DNA of 64,000 bases from an uncultured cyanobacterium (lineage in GTDB: Bacteria > Cyanobacteriota > Cyanobacteriia > Pseudanabaenales > Pseudanabaenaceae), in the NCBI GenBank assembly GCA_963703315.1, contig OY969811.1, forward strand, positions 4,352,001 through 4,416,000, written 5' to 3'. The notes beneath the pieces are model-generated. The model searched no databases. It worked only from the letters and a program-made list of their open reading frames with translations, and had not been told where the DNA came from. Of the stretch, positions 40,347 through 51,387 are shown piece by piece (the stretch's first letter is position 1; each line of letters starts with the position of its first letter). The translations under genes and the position numbers were made by a program.

Positions 40347-43300
40347 TTAGACAAAGTAATTGGCTGTGTTAAGTTGTCCAACTAGATCGTCTCCTGCCTT
40401 GAATTTCATGTTGGTGACATCAACGACCAGATCAGTACTATTAGAAAATCCTGCTGTACCATCATTGACCGAGAGATAGGAGCGAACGCCAAATTTGAAG
40501 AATGCGGCTTCATTGGCGTTTAGTGCTTGATTGTCAGAGGTAAGAGGATCGCGATCGCTATAAACTGCTTGGATTGCTTCCTGTAAATTCGCAGCATTAA
40601 CTGTGCCGACATTAAAGAGATTGCTTAGAGAGAAAGGTACAATCTGGATGCGATCGCCTTCTGCTTGGTTGAAGTCGGTAATGTTATCTAATTGGTTAAT
40701 GGTTGTATTGGTGTAGAGAGAGTCGGTGAGAGCTTCGTAGCGGAATATATCGCTGCCTGCGCCGCCAACTAACTGATCGCGATCGCCTAAACCTATCAGG
40801 ATGTCATTGCCAATACCTCCAATTACTTTATCTCTGCCCGATGTACCTGTGAGAGTATCTCCGCCAATGGATGCTTGTTGGTTGGTAATGGTCTTAACTA
40901 AAGATGTGTTGGCTGGTTTACTTTGTTCACCAAAGTTATAGTCTGTACCTGTTGCTCCAGCACCAAGCACAATATTTGCGATTACATCATTGCTTAGAGT
41001 GCCAGATAAGCTGCCAACGCTGTCCAGTCCGTCATTGTAGCCTGTGGGTTGAGTTTCCGTTAGGGTATAACTTCCTGACCAGAGGTTGTTAAAGTCATAA
41101 GATCCATCGGTAGCTGTAGTGGTAGTTCGGTTTTCAATAATGCCATTGTTGGCAGTGCCAGTGAGGGTGATTGTGACACCTGCGAGTTTCGTTTCTCCTA
41201 CATCGACAAGACCATTATTGTTAGTGTCTAAGTAAGCTAAGCCAGATAATTTTGCAGTTGCACCGACAAGGGTTGTGACATCGGCTTGAGTTGGGGCTGC
41301 TTCAGTTTGTCCTACGTTATCAGTAGCAACACTATAGAAACTATATGTGGTTTCTGTTTGACCGTTATAAATTGCTGATGTATCTGTAGTATCGTCTTTC
41401 CAGAGGACTAGTTGATCGCCATTGGTTGATACATAAATGTCGGAGAAAGCAGTACCACTACCGTTATCCGTGCCTGTCCAAGATACGGTGAAACTGGTAT
41501 TACGATTGGTGCTTGGCAATGCGGTCACTGCACTGCTAGGTCTTGTGTTATCGACAGTATTCAGATGGACTGGAGTATTAATCGGATCATTGGTATCAAA
41601 GACGATACTGGCTTCGGTAGTGAGTTGAGTGCCAGTAGCCAAGTTTGGTTTGGCTTGGATCTTATAGCTCAAGAAACCTTCCCCTGAGTGCGTGTCTTTG
41701 TCGTTGGGTGGCAAGAATCCTGCGTTAATATCTGTCGTCGGTAACTTTCCTGTTAATGGATCGATGGTGGTGAGTTTGTAGGTGACTTTGCCAGTGGTGG
41801 CATTAAGACTGGCTTCAAAGTCTACGAAGTAGCCAATGGAGTCTCTAGCATCAACCCTAGCGCTGTAATTTTGAAACCCATCGGGAACATCGATATAAAA
41901 ATCACCAAAGCCAAAATCACCGAGTTGGAAAGTTGTCCAGTCGAGATCGCTATCAAGTTGTTGGGTGACGGTAACAAATACGGCAGGTACACTAGCATCT
42001 GAGGCATTTTCAAAGCGAATAATGTAGGGAAATGTTTGGTTAGGAATGAGCCAACCTTCTGCACCAAAGCCTTTTGGTCCAACAACATCGTTGGGGTCAC
42101 GGGAGGGGAATACGGGGACGAAACCAGAGTACTTACCATATCCCTTAACAGAAGGTGGAGGAGTTATACCTAGTGGGGGAAGATCACAATAAACCCTATC
42201 TTTAGCTTTCTGCAATTCATTCTCATAATCAAGGAGGTCATGTCTTTCGACCATCGCTCTCATTTCTTTTTTTGCACAATCAATTTGTGCCTGCCAAGCC
42301 TCCACCTCCCCATCATTACAAGCTTTGTTGTCGGTGAAAATTTTTAGGTTTTTCTTAAACTGCTCTACATGCTTTTGCTCATGTTCTAACAAGCATTTAT
42401 TGACAAGATTTGGTGATATTGGCACCCATTTACCTGATCCAAAAGGCTTTTCTACCTCGCATGATATTTTTCCAGCGGGGCTTGTTACACATCTTTCCGC
42501 TCGTGGACTTTTTGGAGACAATCCAAGTGGATCAATCTTGTTTGTAGGAGAATTAGCAGCATAATCGTAAAGATTAGTATCTCCACCTGCAATACCGATC
42601 GGATCTTGTTGAGTGAATCGACCATCTTTTGAATCATAGAATCTTGCCCGCATGAAATCAAGTCCATTACCTTCATCCATCACCCCCCACTGACCAACAT
42701 ACTCAAAGGGATTCGCAATAGATTCATTAGTGGTCAGGTTCTCACCAAAGGGAAGATAACTATACTGGTTAACATAGCTACCAGCAGCACTGGTCAAACC
42801 AGCCACCGACCCGATCGCATCAAAATCATAATAAGCCTGATTACCCCCTCCAGAGCGACTTTCTAAACCCAGCCCATAGGTATAATTAGCAATCAGATTT
42901 CCATTACTATCATATTCACCCACCACATTACCTAAATCAGTCGGATCGATGAGAAACTCAGTACGCTGTCCATCCTTAATAGAAGCAATCCGATTCCCGA
43001 TCGCATCATATTCATAACTCCAAGTACCAGCAGAAGTCGTCACACCAATGAGACGATTTTCCACATCATAGACATAGCTGCTAGTCTGACCACCTTCTAC
43101 TTTTTGAGTCAAATTGCCATCGGTGTCATAGGTATAAGCCGCACCACTCACAGTCGTATATTGATTGAGCATATTCGTACTGTAGTCAGTGGCAACTCCA
43201 CTATCTGTAACCTTAATGCGATTACCTGCGGCATCATATTGATATTCAATTGTCCTGCCATTAGGAAGACTAACGGAAGTCAATTGTCCCGTAGCGTCAT

Positions 43301-46300
43301 AGCCATAGTTAGTTTTGCCCTCTAAAGTGGTCATACTTGTACGCCGACCTAGAGCATCATAGGCATAGTCAAACCGAGAATTAACCGTGTTATCGGCTTT
43401 GTAGTTGACTAAACTGAGTTGTTGTCCTGCCTTGTCATAGTTATAGGTTGTGTAAGTGCCATTGCCATTATCACTACGACTGAGATTTCCGACTGCATCA
43501 TAGGTATAGGAAGCAATCAGACTATTACTGCCATTCTGGAGACTACTTAAACGCCCAACGGTGTCATAGCTATACTTGACCACATTACCCAAATTATCTG
43601 CCATCTGAGTTCTGCGTCCTGCTGCATCATAGGCATAGGAAACAAACCGCCCATCACCATCAGTGACCTTGGTTAAACGGTCAGCACTGTCATAGACAAA
43701 GCTCGTGCTACTATCGGCATCGATCGCCGTTAGTAAATTACCGCGACTGTCATAGCTAAAAGTAGCACTAGAGCCACCTGCATAATCTTTGCGGATTAAT
43801 TGGAAGTTGGCATCATAGGTATATTGAATTTCCTGTCCGCGACGATTTGCCGAAACTGTGAGATTACCTTGACTGTTATAACCAAAAGTTTCCGTTGAAC
43901 CATCAGCATAGGTGAGCTTGGTTAAGTTCCCTTTTGCGTCATAGGCATAGTTGGTGAGATTGCCTTTCTGATCTTGGACTGTGGCTAGTTGGTCAAAATT
44001 TCGCTCATAGGTGAAGTCAACCCGATGACCGAGAGGATTGCTAGAACTAAGTAGATTACCTTGAGGATCGTAGGTAAAACTGCCTGCCGTGTCACCAGGA
44101 GCAATAATTTGAGTGAGATTGCCATCGGAGTCATAGCGATATTGGATTGTGCGATTGAGTGGGTCTATCGATCTAGCAATTTGACCGCGATCGTTTAAAA
44201 ATTGCTTAGTAACTGCACCACTAGCATCGGTAATGGTAACGCCGCCTGTTGAGTCATAGCTGTAGGTAATGGCTTCAGTCCCACTATTTAAGCTCTGATT
44301 GATTAAACGTCCCTGACTGTCGTACTGATATAAAGTTTGAGAAGCATCGGGATAGGTGATTGAGCTAATCGCAAATTGTGATGCTCCTGCCGCAGTCACA
44401 TAGCTATAAGTAGTTGTGCCATTAGGTGTGGTGATATTAATCAGGCGATCGCCCGTTGCGTCATAGCCATAGGTCGTCACTCGTCCTGCTTGATCGGTGG
44501 CTTTGTCGATCCGCCCTTGAGCATTGTAAGTAAAAGTGATATTGTCGCCGTTGCTATAGTCAAGCTTTGTCAGTTGATTATTACTGTAAGTAGCTTGAAG
44601 ACGGTTACTATTAACATCTTCAATGTAATCAAACTTGCCATTTGTACGGAAAACTGTCTGACTACCATCTTTTTCCCGTAATCGATAAATGCCACCAACA
44701 AGAGAGAGAACTCCGTCATCTCCAGTTTCAGCAAGATAGCTACCATCGGACTGCAAGTTAAAATCATGGCTAATTCCAGCCTTCTTGACTATAATATTGC
44801 CTTTAGCATCAGTAGTAAAAGCAATATCCCAAGGAAAAGCTTGTCCTTTCCCTAACGAACTTTCGATAAAACGTTGCGAAATACTACCAAAATTATTGGC
44901 TTGCTCAAATTCAAAAGCGAATAGTCGAGAGACATCGTTGGTGGACTCTCCAATTTGACTTAGATAGGTAGCATTCTCAGCTAGTACAGATTGATATTGA
45001 CTTACATCTGTACCCACAGCATTGATAAAGTTTGTCCAGATAATATTCCACGCGGCATCAGGAATTGTATCTGGTTTGAGTGTGGGTTTAATATTTTGCC
45101 AGTCAATGGTAACTGGTTGATTAGCAGGAGTTCCACCTTGTTCATAGAGCTTCGCTTTATCGACAGCAAAATTGATGTTAACGTCAGTAATAGTGGGGTT
45201 AGGCAGAAATAGTGCCGTAAAGCTGCCAATTTCTCCAGGTGACAATATTCCTGTTACTGCATCCGAACCACTTGCTAAGAATTGGAGAGAAGTAGCGGTA
45301 AATTCTTGACCTCCATCAAGTCGCATTTTTGCCTTGTCTGTATTTAAGGTGAGCAAAGGCGCAGTAATATCGCTGCTGCCAGTATTGCGATAGTTAACAG
45401 TGACTTCACCTGTCCACCAAGGACGTAACCCCTTAGGGACAACTAGCGAAAGCTCAATGTTGTCATTATTAAAGAGGGTATTGTTATTAACAATTTGACT
45501 ATTGATCGTGAAAACATCGTTTGAGATAACATTTGCGGCTGCATTTTCCACGCGAACGTCATATAGTCCTGTTGATAAGCCTTTTAGGTCAAATGTACCT
45601 GAGAGAGTTGTATTGTCATACCAAATAACTTGAGATGCAGGGTGGGTAGTGCCATCAGGAGCAATTAAGGTTAATTTTGTATCTGCGGTAAATTGAGTTC
45701 CTTCCACAGTAATAGTCGTTGTGCCTCCATTACTACCGATATTGGGGGTGATTGACTGAATCTGAAGCGGTACTGGTGTTGCCGAAGGGATAGCATTTAA
45801 CGTCATACTGTAGTTTGCATTAATCCCTTGAGAATTGACTTTGAGATAGTATGTACCTGCGGCTAACTCAGTGGGTGGATTCGCTATGAGGTTACCTTGC
45901 TTATCCAGTAGTGATAGAGAGGCATTGTTGGAAATAGAGTAATTATAAGTGCTGGGCTTAATCAGTTCAAATCGATAGAAGTCTACGGGATCGACATCAC
46001 CCACGAAATCCTTAAAGGTTTGACTCCCTAATAAATTTCCAAGATCTCTTGCATTGCCGAGTGTATTCCCTGCTTGGTCAGCAATTGGGTTGGCAGAAGC
46101 CTGTAAAGTGTAGTTGTTGATTTGGGAAGAAGAAAGCGAAATGCCGTAGGTTCCAGCAAACAAGTTCTTTTGAATTGATTGTCCACTAGTAATTACATTA
46201 GTTATCCCAGAAGTTGCATACAGCAACTTCATTGACAAGTTATTGTTGTTTAATGACAAGTTAACTTGACTATCAGTATCAAGATTAAAAACATAAAGAT

Positions 46301-48896
46301 CTTCGGTATTTGTACTATTTACAGAATCATTAATAGTTTTAAGACTGTTGAGAGTTCCTAAATCTACAACATCATTGCTGAGTATTTTTAGCCCGACAAT
46401 GCTGCTGCCAGAGAGATTACCTACATTTTCTATAAATCCTTTACCTACTGCACTAGAAATGCGATCTCCATAAAAATCAAGAATACTGAGATCTGTGGCG
46501 GGATCTAAAACACCATCTTGGTTAAGATCAACGATTAAGGTTGTGTTTAGACGACCTAACCCCATTTTACCTAATTGTGCTTTGGCTAAGTCGATTTGAG
46601 CGTTTTGTAAAACGAGGGTATCGTTTCCCGCAGAGTCTTGAATTGAACTTCCTCCTGATTTTGTAGCATCCACAATATAAGTATCGTTGCCACCAGCACC
46701 ATTGAGTTTATCTTTCCCTCCACCCGCATTAATGATATCGTTGCCATCACCAGTGCGAATATCGTCATTAAAAGCAGTTCCTGTAATCTGAAATCGTTCT
46801 ATATTATTGAAATTAACACGGTCAGTATTAAAGTTGCTGTTGTAGTAAGCAGAGTAGTAACCACTGAAACCATTACTATTTCCTGCTGCCGCGCTAGTAA
46901 TCCCTGCTGCTGGTGTCGTTCCTGAATAAACATTACTCGAATAATCCACAATCAATAAATCATTTCCTGCTCCTCCATCAACTGTATCAGTCCCTAATCC
47001 TGAATTAATTACATCATCGCCACCACCTGTAGTGAAGCTATTATTGATACGTTGACTCAGGTTAATGACATCGTTCCCACTACCTGTGATGAGATTGGGA
47101 AATCTTTCAATGTTACTGATATTCGTGCCATCCGAAAGTGTTACTGTTTTGGCTGTATCACTTTCATCCAGACTAAAGGCTGTAGTTAGTAAGCTGAAGT
47201 TACCATCGGTGAGAGTGTCAATCCCTTCCCCTCCATCAATCACATTGATGCCTAATCCTCCACTAATTACATCATTTCCCTTGCCTGAGTTAATAGTGTC
47301 GTTTCCATCTCCCCCATTAATGGTATCGTTGCCATCACCAGTATTGATCGTATCATTGCCTCCGAATGCATTAATCGTGTTATTGCCTCCACCCGCATTA
47401 ATGATATCGTTGCCATCACCAGTGCGAATATCGTCATTAAAAGCAGTTCCTGTAATCTGAAATCGTTCTATATTATTGAAATTAACACGGTCAGTATTAA
47501 AGTTGCTGTTGTAGTAAGCAGAGTAGTAACCACTGAAACCATTACTATTTCCTGCTGCCGCGCTAGTAATCCCTGCTGCTGGTGTCGTTCCTGAATAAAC
47601 ATTACTCGAATAATCCACAATCAATAAATCATTTCCTGCTCCTCCATCAACTGTATCAGTCCCTAATCCTGAATTAATTACATCATCGCCACCACCTGTA
47701 GTGAAGCTATTATTGATACGTTGACTCAGGTTAATGACATCGTTCCCACTACCTGTGATGAGATTGGGAAATCTTTCAATGTTACTGATATTCGTGCCAT
47801 CCGAAAGTGTTACTGTTTTGGCTGTATCACTTTCATCCAGACTAAAGGCTGTAGTTAGTAAGCTGAAGTTACCATCGGTGAGAGTGTCAATCCCTTCCCC
47901 TCCATCAATCACATTGATGCCTAATCCTCCACTAATTACATCATTTCCCTTGCCTGAGTTAATAGTGTCGTTTCCATCTCCCCCATTAATGGTATCGTTG
48001 CCATCACCAGTATTGATCGTATCATTGCCTCCGAATGCATTAATCGTGTTATTGCCTCCACCCGCATTAATGATATCGTTGCCATCACCAGTGCGAATAT
48101 CGTCATTAAAAGCAGTTCCTGTAATCTGAAATCGTTCTATATTATTGAAATTAACACGGTCAGTATTAAAGCTGCTGTTGTAGTAAGCAGAGTAGTAACC
48201 ACTGAAACCATTACTATTTCCTGCTGCCGCGCTAGTAATCCCTGCTGCTGGTGTCGTTCCTGAATAAACATTACTCGAATAATCAACGATCAATAAATCA
48301 TTTCCTGCTCCTCCATCAACTATGTCAGTCCCCAACCCTGCATTAATTACGTCATCGCCAGCAGTGCCATTTATTGTGTCATTCCCATCCGTCCCCGTAA
48401 AATTTTGTTGCTCGATCGCAATCTCAACCTCATTGATCGGAATAATTCCATGATCATCCTCAGATCTTAAAGCCAACAAAGTATCAGCATCTAAACTCTG
48501 ACCAAGCACCAAAGCCGCAAAAATTGCTCCCTCATCTCCCTTACTATCTACCTGATTGATCTGAGCATCGACAAAATGCCCATACTCCTCCAACAACACA
48601 TTAACTAAGCTATTGGTGGTCGCATTCTCAATAAAATTATCCGACAAATAAATGGTATTAGTACTACTGGCATAAGCCCCATTTGCATTACCCAAAATGC
48701 TGCTGCTAATTACCTCAACCTTCGGAAATTGACTAAAATCTCGTTCTTGCCATTGCGATCGGAACTGCATCGCCGCAATTTGGTTGTACTGTTTCCCAAA
48801 AGTAATATCAAAGAGCTTCCAAAAATTATCTAGATTTGCAAAAGAAGTGAGTTGATCAGCAATCACATCGACACTGAGACTAATATTTAGAAGCAT
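40347..48896 (-). CDS. Giant RTX/RHS-repeat exoprotein, 2849 aa
   Basis: N-terminal LLEEYGHFVD domain; GGxGxD calcium-binding repeats; PPC/IPT-like domains; YD repeats; RHS core ending DPIG...DPLGL; DPND domain; SdrD-B-like domain; C-terminal RTX plus bluetail-like end. Confidence 0.92.
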   Translation of the reverse strand: MLLNISLSVDVIADQLTSFANLDNFWKLFDITFGKQYNQIAAMQFRSQWQERDFSQFPKVEVISSSILGNANGAYASSTNTIYLSDNFIENATTNSLVNVLLEEYGHFVDAQINQVDSKGDEGAIFAALVLGQSLDADTLLALRSEDDHGIIPINEVEIAIEQQNFTGTDGNDTINGTAGDDVINAGLGTDIVDGGAGNDLLIVDYSSNVYSGTTPAAGITSAAAGNSNGFSGYYSAYYNSSFNTDRVNFNNIERFQITGTAFNDDIRTGDGNDIINAGGGNNTINAFGGNDTINTGDGNDTINGGDGNDTINSGKGNDVISGGLGINVIDGGEGIDTLTDGNFSLLTTAFSLDESDTAKTVTLSDGTNISNIERFPNLITGSGNDVINLSQRINNSFTTGGGDDVINSGLGTDTVDGGAGNDLLIVDYSSNVYSGTTPAAGITSAAAGNSNGFSGYYSAYYNSNFNTDRVNFNNIERFQITGTAFNDDIRTGDGNDIINAGGGNNTINAFGGNDTINTGDGNDTINGGDGNDTINSGKGNDVISGGLGINVIDGGEGIDTLTDGNFSLLTTAFSLDESDTAKTVTLSDGTNISNIERFPNLITGSGNDVINLSQRINNSFTTGGGDDVINSGLGTDTVDGGAGNDLLIVDYSSNVYSGTTPAAGITSAAAGNSNGFSGYYSAYYNSNFNTDRVNFNNIERFQITGTAFNDDIRTGDGNDIINAGGGKDKLNGAGGNDTYIVDATKSGGSSIQDSAGNDTLVLQNAQIDLAKAQLGKMGLGRLNTTLIVDLNQDGVLDPATDLSILDFYGDRISSAVGKGFIENVGNLSGSSIVGLKILSNDVVDLGTLNSLKTINDSVNSTNTEDLYVFNLDTDSQVNLSLNNNNLSMKLLYATSGITNVITSGQSIQKNLFAGTYGISLSSSQINNYTLQASANPIADQAGNTLGNARDLGNLLGSQTFKDFVGDVDPVDFYRFELIKPSTYNYSISNNASLSLLDKQGNLIANPPTELAAGTYYLKVNSQGINANYSMTLNAIPSATPVPLQIQSITPNIGSNGGTTTITVEGTQFTADTKLTLIAPDGTTHPASQVIWYDNTTLSGTFDLKGLSTGLYDVRVENAAANVISNDVFTINSQIVNNNTLFNNDNIELSLVVPKGLRPWWTGEVTVNYRNTGSSDITAPLLTLNTDKAKMRLDGGQEFTATSLQFLASGSDAVTGILSPGEIGSFTALFLPNPTITDVNINFAVDKAKLYEQGGTPANQPVTIDWQNIKPTLKPDTIPDAAWNIIWTNFINAVGTDVSQYQSVLAENATYLSQIGESTNDVSRLFAFEFEQANNFGSISQRFIESSLGKGQAFPWDIAFTTDAKGNIIVKKAGISHDFNLQSDGSYLAETGDDGVLSLVGGIYRLREKDGSQTVFRTNGKFDYIEDVNSNRLQATYSNNQLTKLDYSNGDNITFTYNAQGRIDKATDQAGRVTTYGYDATGDRLINITTPNGTTTYSYVTAAGASQFAISSITYPDASQTLYQYDSQGRLINQSLNSGTEAITYSYDSTGGVTITDASGAVTKQFLNDRGQIARSIDPLNRTIQYRYDSDGNLTQIIAPGDTAGSFTYDPQGNLLSSSNPLGHRVDFTYERNFDQLATVQDQKGNLTNYAYDAKGNLTKLTYADGSTETFGYNSQGNLTVSANRRGQEIQYTYDANFQLIRKDYAGGSSATFSYDSRGNLLTAIDADSSTSFVYDSADRLTKVTDGDGRFVSYAYDAAGRRTQMADNLGNVVKYSYDTVGRLSSLQNGSNSLIASYTYDAVGNLSRSDNGNGTYTTYNYDKAGQQLSLVNYKADNTVNSRFDYAYDALGRRTSMTTLEGKTNYGYDATGQLTSVSLPNGRTIEYQYDAAGNRIKVTDSGVATDYSTNMLNQYTTVSGAAYTYDTDGNLTQKVEGGQTSSYVYDVENRLIGVTTSAGTWSYEYDAIGNRIASIKDGQRTEFLIDPTDLGNVVGEYDSNGNLIANYTYGLGLESRSGGGNQAYYDFDAIGSVAGLTSAAGSYVNQYSYLPFGENLTTNESIANPFEYVGQWGVMDEGNGLDFMRARFYDSKDGRFTQQDPIGIAGGDTNLYDYAANSPTNKIDPLGLSPKSPRAERCVTSPAGKISCEVEKPFGSGKWVPISPNLVNKCLLEHEQKHVEQFKKNLKIFTDNKACNDGEVEAWQAQIDCAKKEMRAMVERHDLLDYENELQKAKDRVYCDLPPLGITPPPSVKGYGKYSGFVPVFPSRDPNDVVGPKGFGAEGWLIPNQTFPYIIRFENASDASVPAVFVTVTQQLDSDLDWTTFQLGDFGFGDFYIDVPDGFQNYSARVDARDSIGYFVDFEASLNATTGKVTYKLTTIDPLTGKLPTTDINAGFLPPNDKDTHSGEGFLSYKIQAKPNLATGTQLTTEASIVFDTNDPINTPVHLNTVDNTRPSSAVTALPSTNRNTSFTVSWTGTDNGSGTAFSDIYVSTNGDQLVLWKDDTTDTSAIYNGQTETTYSFYSVATDNVGQTEAAPTQADVTTLVGATAKLSGLAYLDTNNNGLVDVGETKLAGVTITLTGTANNGIIENRTTTTATDGSYDFNNLWSGSYTLTETQPTGYNDGLDSVGSLSGTLSNDVIANIVLGAGATGTDYNFGEQSKPANTSLVKTITNQQASIGGDTLTGTSGRDKVIGGIGNDILIGLGDRDQLVGGAGSDIFRYEALTDSLYTNTTINQLDNITDFNQAEGDRIQIVPFSLSNLFNVGTVNAANLQEAIQAVYSDRDPLTSDNQALNANEAAFFKFGVRSYLSVNDGTAGFSNSTDLVVDVTNMKFKAGDDLVGQLNTANYFV
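46717..48360 (-). repeat. 669-bp tandem repeat (about 2.4 units) inside the RTX region
   Basis: cctccacccgcattaatgatatcg recurs at 46717, 47386 and 48055; identical shadow ORFs at 47065 and 47734. Confidence 0.95.
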
Positions 48897-49267
48897 TATT
48901 ACCTCAGATTTTAGAAACCTTAAACTTAAACTTTAAACTACAAGTAGTATTGCTGTTGTAGTAATAAAAAGTCAATCTTCAAGGAAGCAGGAAATTAAGC
49001 AAAATTAAATTTGTATAGCTGTTTTTCTGTAATTATCATCACTTTTGACTGATGTGCAATATTCCTGAATAATGAAAGCGAATAAAGATAAAGTTAAGCT
49101 GTTCCTGCTTCCCAATTCATAATCAGTTCATCATTGATTCACTATTAGTTCATTATGTGAATTCCTTAACTAGAAAGGATTTCAAGATTTTTTATTTATT
49201 TCTAAATAGATAAAAATCCTCTTAAAATGTTCTACAATGACTTTTAATTAGAGAGAGAATTAAGAAA

Positions 49268-49906
49268 TTGCTACAGGCTTTTACAGCGAGTTTATTGCTG
49301 ATTACTATTTCAGAATTAGGTGATAAAACTTTTTTTATTGCTGTGATTTTATCGATGCGCTATGACCACCGCACCGTATTTTCTTCAGTCTTATCAGCCT
49401 TAGCCCTAATGACTGTGTTATCAGTTCTCCTTGGTCAAGCAGTAGCGCTATTGCCAAAGGAATATACTCACTATGGCGCGATCGCCTTATTTTTGATTTT
49501 TGGGATGAAACTCATTGTCGATGCCATCAGAATGTCGCCTAATTCCACTAAGGAAGTGGTGAAAGAAGCGGAAGAAACAGTGGCAGAAAAAAATCAACAA
49601 ATCTCAATTCCCATTTTTGGCAGAACTCTAGCGCGTTATCCTCAGATGGGAATTTGGATACAGGCTTTTGTGATGACTTTCTTGGCAGAGTGGGGCGATC
49701 GCACTCAAATTAGTACGATCGCTTTAGCAGCAGCGAACGATCCCATCTTTGTAACATTAGGAGCGATTCTAGGACATGGAATCTGTACTGTGATTGCGGT
49801 AATTGGTGGTCGTTTAGTGGCAGGAAGAATTTCTGAGCGCGTAATTACAGGCTTGGGCGGCGTTTTATTTTTGATTTTTGGAATAACAGCTTATTTTCAA
49901 GCTTAA
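49268..49906 (+). CDS. TMEM165/GDT1 (UPF0016) Mn/Ca transporter
   Basis: Two motifs: ELGDKT and EWGDRTQ. Confidence 0.92.
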   Translation: MLQAFTASLLLITISELGDKTFFIAVILSMRYDHRTVFSSVLSALALMTVLSVLLGQAVALLPKEYTHYGAIALFLIFGMKLIVDAIRMSPNSTKEVVKEAEETVAEKNQQISIPIFGRTLARYPQMGIWIQAFVMTFLAEWGDRTQISTIALAAANDPIFVTLGAILGHGICTVIAVIGGRLVAGRISERVITGLGGVLFLIFGITAYFQA

Positions 49907-49937
49907 AAAAACTCGGCACATTGTGCCGAGTTTTTTT
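49905..49937. terminator. Bidirectional terminator-like hairpin between the GDT1 gene and gcvH
   Basis: aaaaaaactcggcac-att-gtgccgagttttttt. Confidence 0.7.
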
Positions 49938-50322
49938 AGTTTCCTTCTACTTGACTACGATATTCACTGGCAGTCATGGTGTTGTCTAGTTCGCTGACAT
50001 CTTCGATATTTACCTTCAACAACCATGATGCCCCGTAAGGATCATTAGTAATATTTTCTGGATCATCAACTAAAGCTGTATTAGCTGCGATCACAGTCCC
50101 AGTTACAGGTGAATAGATATCTTCTACAGCTTTGACCGACTCAATTGTGCCGAAGGTTTGTCCTTTTTCTACCCTTGTCCCCACTTCTGGCAGATCGAGA
50201 AATACAATATCACCGAGTTGATCGATCGCGAAAGCGGTAATGCCCACAGTGGCAGTGTCATTTTCTAATCGAATATATTCGTGGGAATTGGTGTATTTGA
50301 GGTCATCAGGATATTCAAACAT
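49936..50322 (-). CDS. gcvH: Glycine cleavage system H protein
   Basis: [23 protein letters not shown] lipoyl-Lys motif, DPYGASWL. Confidence 0.97.
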   Translation of the reverse strand: MFEYPDDLKYTNSHEYIRLENDTATVGITAFAIDQLGDIVFLDLPEVGTRVEKGQTFGTIESVKAVEDIYSPVTGTVIAANTALVDDPENITNDPYGASWLLKVNIEDVSELDNTMTASEYRSQVEGN

Positions 50323-50398
50323 CTGGCTACTTTTCCTTTTTTGTCTTGAATTATTGTAAACAAAAGAGAGGGACGCAAAGCGTCCCTGTACTTATTAT

Positions 50399-51118
50399 TT
50401 ATTTGATTTGTTCAGCGATCGCCTCAACCGCCTCGACTGGCTCCCGCTTAGAAAAACCCCAGAGAAAAACTAGCCCAATACAAGTCAGCATCAACCATTC
50501 AGGTGGAACGAGACTATCGGAAAATACTTTGATAAATAGGCGTAAACCTACCAGTAACACGATCAAATAACCCGCCGATTCAAGGTGAGTAAATTCGGCT
50601 AACCACTTAATAAAAAGTCCCGCTAAAAACCGTAAGGCAATAATTCCTGCCACGCCCCCGATGAGTACTAACCAAGTTTCTTGAGCCACTGCCACTGCCG
50701 CCGTCACACTATCGAGTGAAAATGCGAGATCCGTTAAGGAAACTAGCGCCACGACTTGCCATAATTTATCTGCCATCCGCACAGGATGTTTTGCGTCATG
50801 ACCTTCTTGCGACTTTTCTAAGAAAAATTTACCTGAAAGCCATAGTAAATATATAGAACCAGCTAGTTCAAATTGCCAATATTTAATTACCCACGTAGCT
50901 GTAAAGATCAGGATCACCCGCAATACAAATGCACCGATCAATCCATAACGTAGCGCCCATTCTTCTTGCTTCGGATCTGGTAAACTCCTCACGATCGCAG
51001 CAAGGGCGATCGCATTGTCCGCCGATAGAATTGCCTCTAGCAGAATTAGTACTCCCAAAATGGGAATAACTTCAGGTCGAAAGGAAAAGTCATTCGTTTC
51101 TAGAAACTGCTCGAACAT
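50399..51118 (-). CDS. TerC family membrane protein
   Basis: LEAILSADNA, DLAFSLDSV. ATG 51118. Confidence 0.9.
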   Translation of the reverse strand: MFEQFLETNDFSFRPEVIPILGVLILLEAILSADNAIALAAIVRSLPDPKQEEWALRYGLIGAFVLRVILIFTATWVIKYWQFELAGSIYLLWLSGKFFLEKSQEGHDAKHPVRMADKLWQVVALVSLTDLAFSLDSVTAAVAVAQETWLVLIGGVAGIIALRFLAGLFIKWLAEFTHLESAGYLIVLLVGLRLFIKVFSDSLVPPEWLMLTCIGLVFLWGFSKREPVEAVEAIAEQIK

Positions 51119-51237
51119 GAAGTATGATCCATAACAAAAAATTAACAAATACTATAAGTATACAAAATCCTTAGACCAGAAACCAAGTAATTAAAATTCT
51201 CAGATACCACGACACATTGCCGCTATTTTCTACATTT

Positions 51238-51387
51238 TAGGACTTATGCAGAAGTCGCTAAGACCCTCACCCCTAGCCCCTCTCCCTTTTTGGGAGAGGG
51301 GAACAAGAAAAATTTCTTACGCCCCTTCTCCCTCTCTGGGAGAAGGGGTTGGGGGATGAGGGCAGTTTTTAATTTGCGTAAGTCCTA
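51238..51387. mobile_element. 150-bp MITE-like element with 13-bp terminal inverted repeats
   Basis: TAGGACTTATGCA ... TGCGTAAGTCCTA (one mismatch); internal CCCCTCTCCC/GGGAGAGGGG hairpins; ctacattt occurs at both junctions. Confidence 0.8.

Noticed and set aside
47065..48129. Two identical 131-aa plus-strand ORFs
   Set aside because: Antisense shadows of the duplicated RTX coding unit.
46717..48360. Diversity-generating retroelement template/variable repeat pair
   Set aside because: Repeats are in-frame tandem coding units without adenine-specific mismatches, and there is no reverse transcriptase gene.
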